The notes beneath the pieces are model-generated. The model saw only the letters and a list, made by a program, of their open reading frames with translations, was not told where the DNA came from and did not search any database. This document shows, piece by piece, positions 1-9,670 of a stretch of DNA of 64,000 nucleotides (the first letter of the stretch is position 1; every line of letters starts with the position of its first letter). Both the position numbers and the translations under genes were made by a program. Source of the stretch: Thermoanaerobaculia bacterium (GTDB lineage: Bacteria > Acidobacteriota > Thermoanaerobaculia > UBA5066 > Gp7-AA6); contig DASXPB010000013.1 of assembly GCA_036493875.1 (NCBI GenBank), positions 4,377 to 68,376 of the forward strand, given 5' to 3'.

Positions 1-13
1 CGCGGGAGAATGC

Positions 14-613
14 ATGGGACGAGCCGAAACTGAGCCCGAACGGGGAATCGAGAGCGGCGCGGAATCGACCGGCCGGGCGATCGTCGCCGGCGTGCCCGCG
101 CGGGACGAGTCCGCCGCCTACTACCACCGTTATATCGACCGGGTGATCGGCGCCGGCCCCGACGTCATCGGCATCCTCCAGAGCCAGCGCGAGGACACGC
201 TCGCGTTCCTCGAGCGCTTCTCCGAGGAGCAGTCGCGATTCCGCTACGCCCCCGGCAAGTGGACCGCGCGCGAGGTGCTCTCGCACGTCAACGACTGCGA
301 ACGGCTCTTCGTCTTCCGCGCGATGTGGTTCGCCCGAGGCTTCGAGAGTCCTCTGCCGAGCTTCGACCAGGAGGTGGCCGCGGTCTCGGCGCGCGCCGAC
401 GCGGTCGCGTGGGTCAGGCACGTCGAGGAGTTCCGGGGCATTCGGCTCGCGAGCGAGGCGTTCTTCGGAAACCTGCCCGAGGAGGCCTGGTCGCGCCGCG
501 GGCTCGCGAGCGACAATCCCTTCACCGTGCGCGCCCTCGCATACGTCACGGCGGGGCACCTCGTCCACCACCGCGAGATCCTGCGGGAGCGCTATTTGCC
601 GCCGGCCGGCTAG
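14..613 (+). CDS. DinB/YfiT-like (DinB_2 superfamily) protein
   Basis: 199-aa ORF with His-rich segments (HVNDCERLF, HLVHHREIL) typical of the DinB fold; first ATG in frame. Confidence 0.5.
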   Translation: MGRAETEPERGIESGAESTGRAIVAGVPARDESAAYYHRYIDRVIGAGPDVIGILQSQREDTLAFLERFSEEQSRFRYAPGKWTAREVLSHVNDCERLFVFRAMWFARGFESPLPSFDQEVAAVSARADAVAWVRHVEEFRGIRLASEAFFGNLPEEAWSRRGLASDNPFTVRALAYVTAGHLVHHREILRERYLPPAG

Positions 614-648
614 GCTCGGCGCCTCGGGTCATCTCCCTCGATGCGCCC

Positions 649-2337
649 CTAGGAATTCAGCCGGAACGTGACCGTGACCGTCAGGTAGACCCGGACCGGC
701 CGGTTATTCAGGGTCGCGGGCTGGTACTTCCACTGTGAGATCGCCTCAATGCCCATGACGTCGAGCGTGGGTGTGGCGCTCTTCAATAGTCTCGGGTCCA
801 CGACGCATCCTTGAGACGTGATGACGGCCTCGTAGATCGCGACGCCTTCCTCCCGATTCTTTCGCGCGGCCTTCGGATACAGCGGTTCGATCCTCTTGAT
901 CAGCTTCGGAGCGACGACGGGGCCACGGACGCGAACGGCATCCGTCTGATCCTGCGGGACGGCGGGCGCGGCGGCGGTCCGGTCGGCGCAGGCGTAGGCC
1001 TCGGGGTCGAACAGCGCCAGGAGCGACTGCGGACGAGCCGCGGCGTCGGCTTCCTCCGACGGAGCGGTCGAGAGGAGGAAGAGCGCCTGCGCGATGCGCT
1101 GACACGGCGGATCGGGAGGGATGGTCCCGACGGTGACGCGGCGCGGAAGACCGTCCGGACGGTAGTCCACGGATGCAAGACTCAACCAGCGAGTCAGGGA
1201 GGTGGAGTGACAACCCTCCAGGGCGAAGAGATCGCTCGCGACCCCGACCGGCAGGCCGGACACCAACCGCAGGAGCACTCCCTTAGGACCCGCCGACTTG
1301 ACCTCCTTGCCCTTCGGCGCGCCTTCGGGCCGATTCGCGTGGTTGCGCTTCTGGATGGCGGCCCGCTCGCGATCGGTCAGATAGTCGAGTAGCGGACTCT
1401 CCTCGAAGTCCGAATCGAGGTGACAGGTCAAACTCGTCTCCAGGCACGTGATCCAGTCCTCGTCCTCGACCGGCTTCTGGCCCAGCACGCGGCGCAGGAT
1501 CTGCCCTCCGAAGTGCAGCTCGGGACCGGCGGGCTGGGCGTCGCGCTCTCCGTCATCGAGAGCGGAGAGGATCGCCGCGGCATTCGACGGAGGCGCGCCG
1601 CTGTAGTGCCGCGCGGCATACCAGGCGGTCTCTCCGCGCAGCTGAGTCTGCTTGGAGCCTAGCGCGGCGATCATCATCGGCTCGTCGATCGAGACCTTGC
1701 TCTCGCCGGCGACCTCGAGAACAGCCCGCCATGCGATGTCGTCGTGCCGGCCGAGCGCGATGGCGGAGGCCGCGTTCAAGGCGTCGTGCTGGCCTCGCGT
1801 GGCCATCCGGAAGAAGCGGCGGAGAGCGTACTCGGACAGCTCGCCCTCGCGAAGGACGGCGAAATAGGTCGGGATCGCCTCGGGTCCGCGGGCGCGCGCC
1901 AGGACGTCCGCGAGCTCGGCGTCGAGCCGCGGAGAGAAGCGCTTCCGGGCGGCGAGCACCGCGTCGTCGTAGTTTCGGCCGCCGATCGTGACGAGTGCGC
2001 CGATCTGCTCCTCGGCGGCCGGGGCCTCCGTCTCCACATCGAGGGCTTTCTGCACGTCCGGAATCAGCTCTCGAATCGCACCGAGATTCACCAGACGCGC
2101 CGCCGTCGCGCGAGTCTTCCCGTCGGGGCTGGAGAGGCCGAGTTTCACCCGGTCCGCGACGCCGAGCTGATTCAGGTGTCCAGCCAGCAGCGCCATAGCG
2201 CCCGGGGACGGAGGGCGCGACAGGAGTTTGGCCAGGTCCTTCGCGTCATCGGCCTCCGCCGCGGAGGCGGAGACCAGGACGACGAGCAGAACCGAGCTCC
2301 AGGACGGGATCCAGCGGCCGCGGGAGCGGACTGGCAT
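649..2337 (-). CDS. TonB C-terminal domain protein with signal peptide and HEAT-like N-region
   Basis: C-terminus (...PKLIKRIEPLYPKAARKNREEGVAIYEAVITSQGCVVDPRLLKSA...) is TonB_C-like. Start moved to internal ATG at 2337 (MPVRSRGRWIPSWSSVLLVVLVSASAA signal peptide). The upstream part of the 730-aa ORF is low-complexity. Confidence 0.7.
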   Translation of the reverse strand: MPVRSRGRWIPSWSSVLLVVLVSASAAEADDAKDLAKLLSRPPSPGAMALLAGHLNQLGVADRVKLGLSSPDGKTRATAARLVNLGAIRELIPDVQKALDVETEAPAAEEQIGALVTIGGRNYDDAVLAARKRFSPRLDAELADVLARARGPEAIPTYFAVLREGELSEYALRRFFRMATRGQHDALNAASAIALGRHDDIAWRAVLEVAGESKVSIDEPMMIAALGSKQTQLRGETAWYAARHYSGAPPSNAAAILSALDDGERDAQPAGPELHFGGQILRRVLGQKPVEDEDWITCLETSLTCHLDSDFEESPLLDYLTDRERAAIQKRNHANRPEGAPKGKEVKSAGPKGVLLRLVSGLPVGVASDLFALEGCHSTSLTRWLSLASVDYRPDGLPRRVTVGTIPPDPPCQRIAQALFLLSTAPSEEADAAARPQSLLALFDPEAYACADRTAAAPAVPQDQTDAVRVRGPVVAPKLIKRIEPLYPKAARKNREEGVAIYEAVITSQGCVVDPRLLKSATPTLDVMGIEAISQWKYQPATLNNRPVRVYLTVTVTFRLNS

Positions 2338-2404
2338 CGTTTCCGTCAGAATACCGCAGGCGCGTTTCGGCGAGTCGAGGAAACCGAGGGCGAAAGGAGA
2401 CTCC

Positions 2405-2641
2405 GTGCTCGAGCTGAGGCCCGGTTGCGAGTGTTGCGACCGCGATCTGCCCCCGGATTCGGCCGACGCGCGCATCTGCTCCTTCGAGTGCACGTTCTGC
2501 GTGGACTGCGCGCGCAAGCTCCGCGGCGTCTGTCCCAACTGCGGCGGCGAGTTGGTCCACCGGCCCGTCCGTCCGGCGAGTGCGCTCGCCAAGAACCCGG
2601 CGTCGACGAAGCGGATCCACAAGCCGCAAGGCTGCGCCTGA
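2405..2641 (+). CDS. DUF1272 domain protein
   Basis: LELRPGCECCDRDLPPDSADARICSFECTFCVDCA...CPNCGGELVHRP matches the DUF1272 Cys-rich signature. GTG start at 2405 preceded by gaaaggaga RBS. Confidence 0.7.
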   Translation: MLELRPGCECCDRDLPPDSADARICSFECTFCVDCARKLRGVCPNCGGELVHRPVRPASALAKNPASTKRIHKPQGCA

Positions 2642-2655
2642 GGGCGAGGCGCGCG

Positions 2656-3294
2656 ATGGCGAACTCGAAGAGGGACTCCTCGACCGAGACCCGATGGGCC
2701 GCATCGGTCGCCGTCATCGGCCTGGGCGGCAGCACCCTCGCATTGCCCGACGACATGGTCCCGGGACCGCGCTGGCTGGTCCCGATCGTCGTTCTCCTGC
2801 TGTTGGTTCCGACGATCATCGCGCACCGCCGCGGGAATCACCGTGTCGACATGATCCTCGGCTACTCGCTCAGCGTCATCGTGACCCTCGCCCTCGCGGC
2901 CTCGCTGGCGTCGCTCCTACGCCTCGTCGGGTCCCGGACGGCGCACGAGCTCTTGAAGTCGGCCTCGATCCTCTGGATCACCAACATCCTGGTCTTCGCG
3001 CTCTGGTACTGGCGGCTGGACGCGGGCGGACCGCACAGCCGGGAGTCGAGGGACGCGCACACCGCGGGCGCGTTCTTCTTTCCGCAGATGATGGACAGCG
3101 CCCCGCACGTGGACCCGCGCTGGTCGCCCCGGTTCGTCGACTACCTGTTCCTGTCCTTCTGCACGAGCACCGCGTTCTCGCCGACGGACACCCCCGTGCT
3201 GTCCCGGTGGGCGAAGCTCCTCACGATGATCCAGGCCCTCATCTCGCTGCTGTGCGTCGGGGTGCTCGCGTCGAAGGCGATCGGGAGTCTCTGA
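2656..3294 (+). CDS. integral membrane protein (DUF1345-like)
   Basis: ATG 2656 (MANSKRD...), followed by 4-5 hydrophobic helices (LVPIVVLLLLVPTIIA, ILWITNILVFALWYW, ALISLLCVGVLA). Confidence 0.55.
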   Translation: MANSKRDSSTETRWAASVAVIGLGGSTLALPDDMVPGPRWLVPIVVLLLLVPTIIAHRRGNHRVDMILGYSLSVIVTLALAASLASLLRLVGSRTAHELLKSASILWITNILVFALWYWRLDAGGPHSRESRDAHTAGAFFFPQMMDSAPHVDPRWSPRFVDYLFLSFCTSTAFSPTDTPVLSRWAKLLTMIQALISLLCVGVLASKAIGSL

Positions 3295-3472
3295 TCGTCG
3301 CCGTCGCTGCGCTCCAGGATCTGCCTTCGGCACCGGCGGTCGGCTCGACCGACCGCCTGATCCCCTCGCTCCGCGGCGGCTCCCGCGTCGCGAACCTCCT
3401 CCCTCCCTTCGGTCGGGAGACTATTCGCGCCGCGAACGATAGAAACAGCGCCTCAGGACGAAGCGACAGCGA

Positions 3473-4342
3473 CTACTTCTCCCGCGTCCCCACGTCCACC
3501 ATGTCGCGGTGGAACAGCCAGGCTCCGTTCTCGCGGCGGAGAATCGCCTCCCCGTAGAGGTGATCGATGTAGGCGTTGCTTCCGTCGAAGAGGACCACGG
3601 CGTGGTCACCGCGCACGAAACCGCCGGTGATCGCGATGGTCTTCAGATCCGTGTGCTCGTCGTGCCAGCGGTAGTCGAGGTATCCCTCGAGCTTCCCCTG
3701 CGTCTCGTACTCGTGGAACCGCTTCTTCATGTCGGCATCCGACAACGCGAGGATCGCCTTCTGGTCGCGCTTCTCGAGCGCCGCGTGGTAGGCGAGGAAC
3801 GCCTTGCCGGGCTCGCCGCCGTCCTTGGGAAGCGGGTCACCCCAGGACTTCGGGGGGATCGGCAGGTCGAGCTGGATCCGGAACTGGACGCCGTCTCCCG
3901 CGAACGAGAGCTCGCCCTTGAGCCGTCCGTCCGCCGGGCGGACCGTAGACTTCACCTTGGAGTCGAAGCAGTAGCCGCAGCCGTCGCCGGACTCGAAGTA
4001 GTACGAGTACCCGTGATACCCGCCCTTCTCGTCCAGCTCGAAGTAGACGACCTTGGTCTCCTCGTCCGCGAAGAGCGTGTTGATCGCGTGGGTGCGGTCG
4101 TAATGCTCGTCGAGCGCGTCGGAGGGGATTTCGTCGTTGGAGACGGCGACGCGGATCGCCTGGCCGTCGTCCATCCACGCCTTCTCGCGGAAAGCGTAGG
4201 CGCCGTTGATCGGAACCTTGTAGTGCTTGTCCTCGAAGGTGCCGGAGGCGGTCGGAGGAGTGGGAGTCGGAGCCTTCGGGGCCGCCGCCGGATCTGGCGC
4301 GGCGAGAATTGCGACGCCAAGGAGCCAGGCGGGGAAGAGCAC
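3473..4342 (-). CDS. secreted hypothetical protein
   Basis: GTG 4342 gives VLFPAWLLGVAILAAPDPAAAPKAP signal peptide. The Arg-rich upstream part of the 519-aa ORF is non-coding-like. Stop of the upstream gene is at 4345, so the two are tightly coupled. Confidence 0.45.
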   Translation of the reverse strand: MLFPAWLLGVAILAAPDPAAAPKAPTPTPPTASGTFEDKHYKVPINGAYAFREKAWMDDGQAIRVAVSNDEIPSDALDEHYDRTHAINTLFADEETKVVYFELDEKGGYHGYSYYFESGDGCGYCFDSKVKSTVRPADGRLKGELSFAGDGVQFRIQLDLPIPPKSWGDPLPKDGGEPGKAFLAYHAALEKRDQKAILALSDADMKKRFHEYETQGKLEGYLDYRWHDEHTDLKTIAITGGFVRGDHAVVLFDGSNAYIDHLYGEAILRRENGAWLFHRDMVDVGTREK

Positions 4343-4344
4343 TC

Positions 4345-4953
4345 TCAGGCGCCGGCCTTCCGGTATTTCCACATCCGCGTCTTGCCCTCGCCGATCCACG
4401 CGACCGCGGTCTCGAGGCGCTTCGAGCGGGTCGCGTCGGTCTTGGCGTCGAGGATCCACTCCGAGTATTCGCGCTTCTGGCTCGGACTGAAGGCGGCGAA
4501 GTGCTTCTGCGCGTTCGCCCTCTTCGCGAGCGCCGCGGTCAGAACTTTCGGAACCGGCAGCGGCTTCTTCGCGCGGCGGATCGGGGCGAGCTTCTGGCCG
4601 GTCGCGTTCAGCCGCGCGGCCTCCCGGACGTAGCCGACCAGCACCCGATCCGCCGGCAGGTCCGCGACCGAGCGGAGGCTCCCGAACTGGCCCATCGCGC
4701 CGGCCTTGCCGGGGATCTTCAGCGCCCGATTCCAGAACCCGAACGCGCAGTGCGCCTTGAACGCGGCCATCCCGCAGAGCATGCCGTGATGCTCGAAGTG
4801 CGGGCTGCCCCACTTGATCGTCTCGACGGCCTCGGGGCATCCGCGGTGGACGACCGCGCGGAGCTTCTTGAGGATCGGCCGGGCGAAGGCGGCGGATTTC
4901 GCGATGTAGGCGTCGATGCGCGGGTCCTTCTGGATCATGGCGCGCATTATCAT
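4345..4953 (-). CDS. YdeI/OmpD-associated family protein (DUF1801-like)
   Basis: MIMRAMIQKDPRIDAYIAKSAAFARPILKKLRAVVHRGCPEAVETIKWGSPHF matches the YdeI-family N-terminus. Alternative start is M6 (4938). Confidence 0.65.
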   Translation of the reverse strand: MIMRAMIQKDPRIDAYIAKSAAFARPILKKLRAVVHRGCPEAVETIKWGSPHFEHHGMLCGMAAFKAHCAFGFWNRALKIPGKAGAMGQFGSLRSVADLPADRVLVGYVREAARLNATGQKLAPIRRAKKPLPVPKVLTAALAKRANAQKHFAAFSPSQKREYSEWILDAKTDATRSKRLETAVAWIGEGKTRMWKYRKAGA

Positions 4954-4959
4954 CCGGCC

Positions 4960-6867
4960 ATGAGAAAAGAGTGCCCCAGAATCCTCGCCGGGCCTTTCCT
5001 CGTCGGCCTCGTCGGGCTTGCCGCAGGGGCATCCGCGTTCGCCGCCACCAACAAGCCCGCCCTGCACGGCAAGCACTGGGTCGCCATCACGGGGAAGCCC
5101 CTGGCGGCGACGGCCGGCGCGATGACGTTCCAGAGGGGCGGCAACGCCGTGGACGCCGCCTGCGCCATGCTGGCCGCGACGACCACGATGTTCGACACGC
5201 TGTCGTGGGGAGGGGAGACCCAGGCGCTGATCTTCAATCCGAAGACGAAGAAGGTCATCGCGATCAATGCGCTCGGCGTCGCGCCCTCGGGAGCGACGCC
5301 CGAGTTCTTCCACGCGAAGAACATGAGCTATCCGCCGGAGTACGGTCCGCTCGCTTCGGTCACGCCCGGCACGCCGGGCGGCCTGCTGGTGATGCTGGCG
5401 GAGTACGGGAAGCTGTCGCTCAAGGACGTCCTCGCGCCGGCGATGCAGATGGCGGAGGGCTATCCGATCGAGGCGGAACTCGCCGATGCGATCGAGCGTC
5501 GGAAGGCGCAGATCAAGGAATGGCCGTACTCGAAGGCGCTCTTCCTGACGCATCCCGGCGACAAGCGAGAAGCTCCTCAGCCCGGCGAGGTCTTCCGCCA
5601 GCCGGACCTCCTCGCGACGCTCCAGAAGCTGGTCGACGCCGAGCAGAAGGCGCTCAAGGCCGGCAAGAACCGCAGGGACGCGATCCTCGCCGCCTACGAC
5701 CGTTTCTACAGGGGCGACATCGCGCAGGAGTTCGTGCGCGGCTCGCGCGAGCAGGGAGGCCTCCACACGCTCGAGGACCTCGCGAAGTGGAAGGTCAAGA
5801 TCGAGGAGCCGGTCAAGACGACCTACCGCGGGATCGATGTCTACAAGCTGGACGTCTGGACGCAGGGACCGGCGATGCTCCAGGCGCTGAACATGCTCGA
5901 GCCGATGGACCTGAAGGCGATGGGCTTCAACAGCACGCGCTACATCCACGCGCTCTACCAGGTGATGAACCTGGCCTTCGCCGACCGCGACTTCTACTAC
6001 GGGGACCCGGACTTCCCGCCGGAGGAGCCGCGGCAGGGTCTGCTCTCCAAGGACTACGCGCACGCGCGCGCGCAGACGATCGACTGGACGGAGAACGACG
6101 CGAAGGCGAAGCCCGGCGACCCGTATCCGTTCCAGGGTGGAACCAATCCCTACGCGGAGCTCCTCGCGAAGTGGCCGACCGCGTGGCCGCCGCCGAAGAC
6201 GCCCCAGGCCGCCTCAGCCGCGGAGCCGGCGGCGGGCCTGGTCGAGCCCTTGGCGAGCTCGCATGATGTCCCCGAGGGCTTCTACGCCGGCACGACGTCG
6301 ATCGAGGCGGCCGACGAGGAGGGCTGGGTCGTGTCGGTCACGCCGTCCGGCGGTTGGAACCCGGCGTGCATCGCGGGAAAGACCGGGATCGGGATGAGCC
6401 AGCGCATGCAGAGCTTCGTGCTGGACCCGGCCGAGGGCCCGTTCAACGTGCTCGTCCCGGGGAAGCGTCCCCGCGTGACGCTGACCCCGACGCTGGCGCT
6501 CAAGGACGGCAAGCCCTTCCTCGCGATGGCCGTGCAGGGCGGCGACACGCAGGACCAGAACCTCCTGCAGTTTTTCCTGGACATGGTCGAGTTCGGCATG
6601 ACCGTCCAGGAGGCCGTCGAGGCGCCCAACATCACGAGCTACCAGATGCGCAGCTCCTTCGGTGACCACGAATGCATTCCCGGACGCATCGACCTGCACG
6701 AGAAGACGCCGGAGTGGACGCGCCAGGAGCTGCGCAAGATGGGCTATCGCATCCGGCTCGAGCCCAAGACCTCGGGTCCGATCAACGCGATCTACCTCGA
6801 CCGCGAGCACGGCACGATGTGGGGAGGCTCCAGCGACTACGGCGAGGACTACGGGATCGCCTGGTGA
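4960..6867 (+). CDS. ggt: gamma-glutamyltransferase
   Basis: Signal peptide plus conserved GGT blocks (TTTMFDTLSWGG, SIEAADEEGWVVSVTPSGGW, autoprocessing Thr region, GGDTQDQNLLQFF). ATG 4960. Confidence 0.9.
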   Translation: MRKECPRILAGPFLVGLVGLAAGASAFAATNKPALHGKHWVAITGKPLAATAGAMTFQRGGNAVDAACAMLAATTTMFDTLSWGGETQALIFNPKTKKVIAINALGVAPSGATPEFFHAKNMSYPPEYGPLASVTPGTPGGLLVMLAEYGKLSLKDVLAPAMQMAEGYPIEAELADAIERRKAQIKEWPYSKALFLTHPGDKREAPQPGEVFRQPDLLATLQKLVDAEQKALKAGKNRRDAILAAYDRFYRGDIAQEFVRGSREQGGLHTLEDLAKWKVKIEEPVKTTYRGIDVYKLDVWTQGPAMLQALNMLEPMDLKAMGFNSTRYIHALYQVMNLAFADRDFYYGDPDFPPEEPRQGLLSKDYAHARAQTIDWTENDAKAKPGDPYPFQGGTNPYAELLAKWPTAWPPPKTPQAASAAEPAAGLVEPLASSHDVPEGFYAGTTSIEAADEEGWVVSVTPSGGWNPACIAGKTGIGMSQRMQSFVLDPAEGPFNVLVPGKRPRVTLTPTLALKDGKPFLAMAVQGGDTQDQNLLQFFLDMVEFGMTVQEAVEAPNITSYQMRSSFGDHECIPGRIDLHEKTPEWTRQELRKMGYRIRLEPKTSGPINAIYLDREHGTMWGGSSDYGEDYGIAW

Positions 6868-6919
6868 GGCGAGGGGATCGCCTGGTCGGAAGTCGGGCGG
6901 TGAGACTTCCGCGTCCGCG

Positions 6920-7468
6920 TTAGAGACGCCCCTCGTCGACGACTTCGAGCAGGCCGGTCGCGACGTCGTACATCAGGCCGTGAACCGGGACTCCGGGCGG
7001 AAGGAGCGGATGGCGCCGCACGCGTTCGACGGCGGCCTTCAGTCGGAGGCGCGGGTCGCGAAGGCTCAGCCACTCGAGGTCGTCCTCGTCGAAGAAGCCT
7101 CGCGCGGTCGAGCCGGCCGGTTCCAGCGCACGGAGGCTCTCCTCGAACTCCCCGCGCTCCGTCGGGTCGGTCAGGCTCTGCATGCCGCAGTCGGTGTGGT
7201 GAACGACGAGCCACTCCCGCGCTCCGAGCTTCCGGCACGCGATGACGATCGAACGGAGCGCGTCCTTGCTGGCGCGGCCGCCGGCGTTGCGCAGGATCTG
7301 GGCGTCGCCTTCGCGGAATCCCGCCATCGAGTCCGGGTCCAGCCGGCAGTCCATGCAGGTCAGGATCCCGAAGCCGCGGAGGGGGGGCGCCTTGAGCTCC
7401 GCCCTGGCGCCGAAGTTCGCGGCATAACGGGCATTGGCCTTCAGGACGGCCTTCAGGGTCTCGCTCAT
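6920..7468 (-). CDS. beta-class carbonic anhydrase
   Basis: CMDCRLDP and VVHHTDCGM zinc-ligand motifs. Confidence 0.9.
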   Translation of the reverse strand: MSETLKAVLKANARYAANFGARAELKAPPLRGFGILTCMDCRLDPDSMAGFREGDAQILRNAGGRASKDALRSIVIACRKLGAREWLVVHHTDCGMQSLTDPTERGEFEESLRALEPAGSTARGFFDEDDLEWLSLRDPRLRLKAAVERVRRHPLLPPGVPVHGLMYDVATGLLEVVDEGRL

Positions 7469-7506
7469 CGCGAGCGCGATCTTACTCGGCGAGTGGGGGC
7501 GCGTCG

Positions 7507-7875
7507 TTACGCTTCGCTCGGGCGGCGAGACGCGTCGAGCACGCCGGCCATCGCCTCGAGGAGCCGCTCCCAGCGCGAGCGCTCCTGCGACAGCTTCTTG
7601 CGGCCGGCCGTCGTGAGGCGGTAGACCTTGACGCGCTGCTTATTCTCGGAGACCTTCCACTCCGAGCCCACCGCGCCCTCGCGCTCGAGCCGGTGGAGCG
7701 CGGGATAGAGCGAGCCCGTGTCGACCTGGAGCGTCTCTCCGGATCCGGAGCGGATCGCCTGCGCGATGCCGTATCCGTGCTGCGGTCCCCAGGTCAGCGT
7801 CTGGAGGACCAGGAGGTCGAGGGTCCCCTGGAGGAGCTCGATCGGGTTCTTGTAGGGCTCGTTCTTCTCAGGCAT
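7507..7875 (-). CDS. PadR family transcriptional regulator
   Basis: LLQGTLDLLVLQTLTWGPQHGYGIAQAI...LYPALHRLEREG winged-helix PadR signature. Confidence 0.85.
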   Translation of the reverse strand: MPEKNEPYKNPIELLQGTLDLLVLQTLTWGPQHGYGIAQAIRSGSGETLQVDTGSLYPALHRLEREGAVGSEWKVSENKQRVKVYRLTTAGRKKLSQERSRWERLLEAMAGVLDASRRPSEA

Positions 7876-8026
7876 GTAGACATCCTACTCCCTTGGCGGC
7901 GCTTGCGGCTGACGGGCGCCGAGAGAAATCGGCGGCGTCGAGGCCGTGCCGGGCGCCCGCAGCCGAAGCGCCTTCCGGCGAAAAATCTCGCCGCCGCCGG
8001 CCGCTCCGCTGTCATAGGCTACGACC

Positions 8027-8845
8027 GTGAAGCGGCTGTCCGACCTGACCGTGGAAGACCTCATCGGGAGCCCGGTCTGGCGCTACGAGGGCGGCACGGG
8101 CGACGAGGCGCTGGTCGCCCCCTCCCCACGGCAGTCCCTGTCGCAGATGGACGACGAGATCTTCCTGGCGGCGACGGAGTTCGCGCTCGCGGATGGCAGC
8201 CGGCACATGGGATTCTGCTTCCCGGCGGACGACTCCGGGATCGACTACCTGCAGCCGGTGATCGTGGGGCGCGGGCGCCACGTGTCCTTCTGGTTCGACG
8301 GACCCGTGGCGGCCGAGAAGCTGGCGTCGCAGTGGTCCGCGCTTGGGAAGGAGCCCAAGCAGATCTTCCCCATCGCGTTCCGCTGCCTCGTGCCGGTCGA
8401 CGGCCGCACGGTGAGCGGGCGGATCCAGTCGGTCGAGTCCTCCGAGAGCCTGCCGCCCGAGCCGGAGCCCGTGTTCCGTCCGGAGGCGCTGGACGCTCGG
8501 CCCGGGCGCCGCCGCGGCGTCGGCACGGGGGAGAAGCGCACGGCGCGGCGCCTCCCGGCCGAGATGACCGTCGAGTTCTCCCAGGGCGAGCTGCAGGGCA
8601 CCGGGATCATCGGGGACGTCTCGCGCCGCGGAATGTTCGTGCAGACGACCCGCATTCCCGGCACGGGGCCGGTGCTGCGGCTCACGGTCAATCTTCCGGG
8701 CGGCCGCAAGCTCGTGCTCCGCGGCAAGGTCGTCCGCAATGCGGACGGGACGACCTCGACGCCGCCGAACGGATTCGGGCTTCGCCTGGTGGACGAGTGG
8801 CCAGATTACGAGAATCTGTTCCGGCGGCGCGACAAGCCGAAGTGA
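8027..8845 (+). CDS. PilZ-domain protein with uncharacterised N-terminal domain
   Basis: C-terminal ...AEMTVEFSQGELQGTGIIGDVSRRGMFVQTT...LRLTVNLPGGRKLVLRGKVVRN is PilZ-like. GTG start. Confidence 0.6.
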   Translation: MKRLSDLTVEDLIGSPVWRYEGGTGDEALVAPSPRQSLSQMDDEIFLAATEFALADGSRHMGFCFPADDSGIDYLQPVIVGRGRHVSFWFDGPVAAEKLASQWSALGKEPKQIFPIAFRCLVPVDGRTVSGRIQSVESSESLPPEPEPVFRPEALDARPGRRRGVGTGEKRTARRLPAEMTVEFSQGELQGTGIIGDVSRRGMFVQTTRIPGTGPVLRLTVNLPGGRKLVLRGKVVRNADGTTSTPPNGFGLRLVDEWPDYENLFRRRDKPK

Positions 8846-8862
8846 TCGAAGAGGCCTCGCGC

Positions 8863-9087
8863 ATGCTCGGCGTCGATCTGGGGAGCATCTCGCTGGCGAC
8901 GATCCTCATCGCGGTGTTCTTCAGCCTGGTCGGGTTCGCGGCGTTTCGGTACGGCCGGAAGAACGACGAGACTCGGCCGCTGGTGCTCGGGATCGGGCTC
9001 ATGGCCTACGGATACTTCGTGTCCAACGCCTGGCTGTCGTTCGGGATCGGTGCGGTCCTGACGCTCCTGCTCTTCTTTCCGTCGTGA
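8863..9087 (+). CDS. small membrane protein (2 TM)
   Basis: 74 aa, ATG 8863, two hydrophobic helices. 17 bp downstream of the PilZ gene. Confidence 0.4.
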   Translation: MLGVDLGSISLATILIAVFFSLVGFAAFRYGRKNDETRPLVLGIGLMAYGYFVSNAWLSFGIGAVLTLLLFFPS

Positions 9088-9133
9088 CGAGTCCTCGAGT
9101 CCCTCTTCAACCCTCAACCCTTCGAGGAGACCC

Positions 9134-9619
9134 ATGAACACCCGCGAATATTTCTCCCAGTGCTTCAAGGCCGAGAAGGACAAGTTCCTCCGAGTGCTGA
9201 AGGCCGTGCCGGCCGACAAGTCGGCCTACAAGCCCCACGAGCGCTCAACGTGCGCCGGCGACCTCGTGTGGCTGATCGCCAGCGAGTGGGGCGACGCGGG
9301 CGAGCTGATCGACAACGGGAAGGTCAACTACGTCGTGCGCCCCGCCCCGGCGAAGGTCGCCGACTCGGTTGCCGCGTTCGAGAAGAACGCGGACGCGATC
9401 GAGACGCGACTCGCGAAGGTGGACGACGCGGCCTGGGGCAGGAATTCTCAGTTCCTGATGGACGGCAACGTCGCGTGGGAGGCGCCGCTCGGCGACATGC
9501 TCTACGGCTTCCTCTTCGACGCGATCCATCACCGCGGCCAGCTCTCGAGCTACCTGCGGCCCATGGGCGCCAAGGTGCCGTCGATCTACGGTCCCTCCGC
9601 GGACGACCCGGGCGCCTGA
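9134..9619 (+). CDS. DinB family protein
   Basis: gaggaga RBS, ATG 9134. DinB-fold hallmarks (DAIHHRGQLSSYLRPMG). Confidence 0.8.
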   Translation: MNTREYFSQCFKAEKDKFLRVLKAVPADKSAYKPHERSTCAGDLVWLIASEWGDAGELIDNGKVNYVVRPAPAKVADSVAAFEKNADAIETRLAKVDDAAWGRNSQFLMDGNVAWEAPLGDMLYGFLFDAIHHRGQLSSYLRPMGAKVPSIYGPSADDPGA

Positions 9620-9670
9620 CGCTTAACGATAGCCCCGCCGGAAATCCATCGCCGAGGGCGTGGGCCGCAG

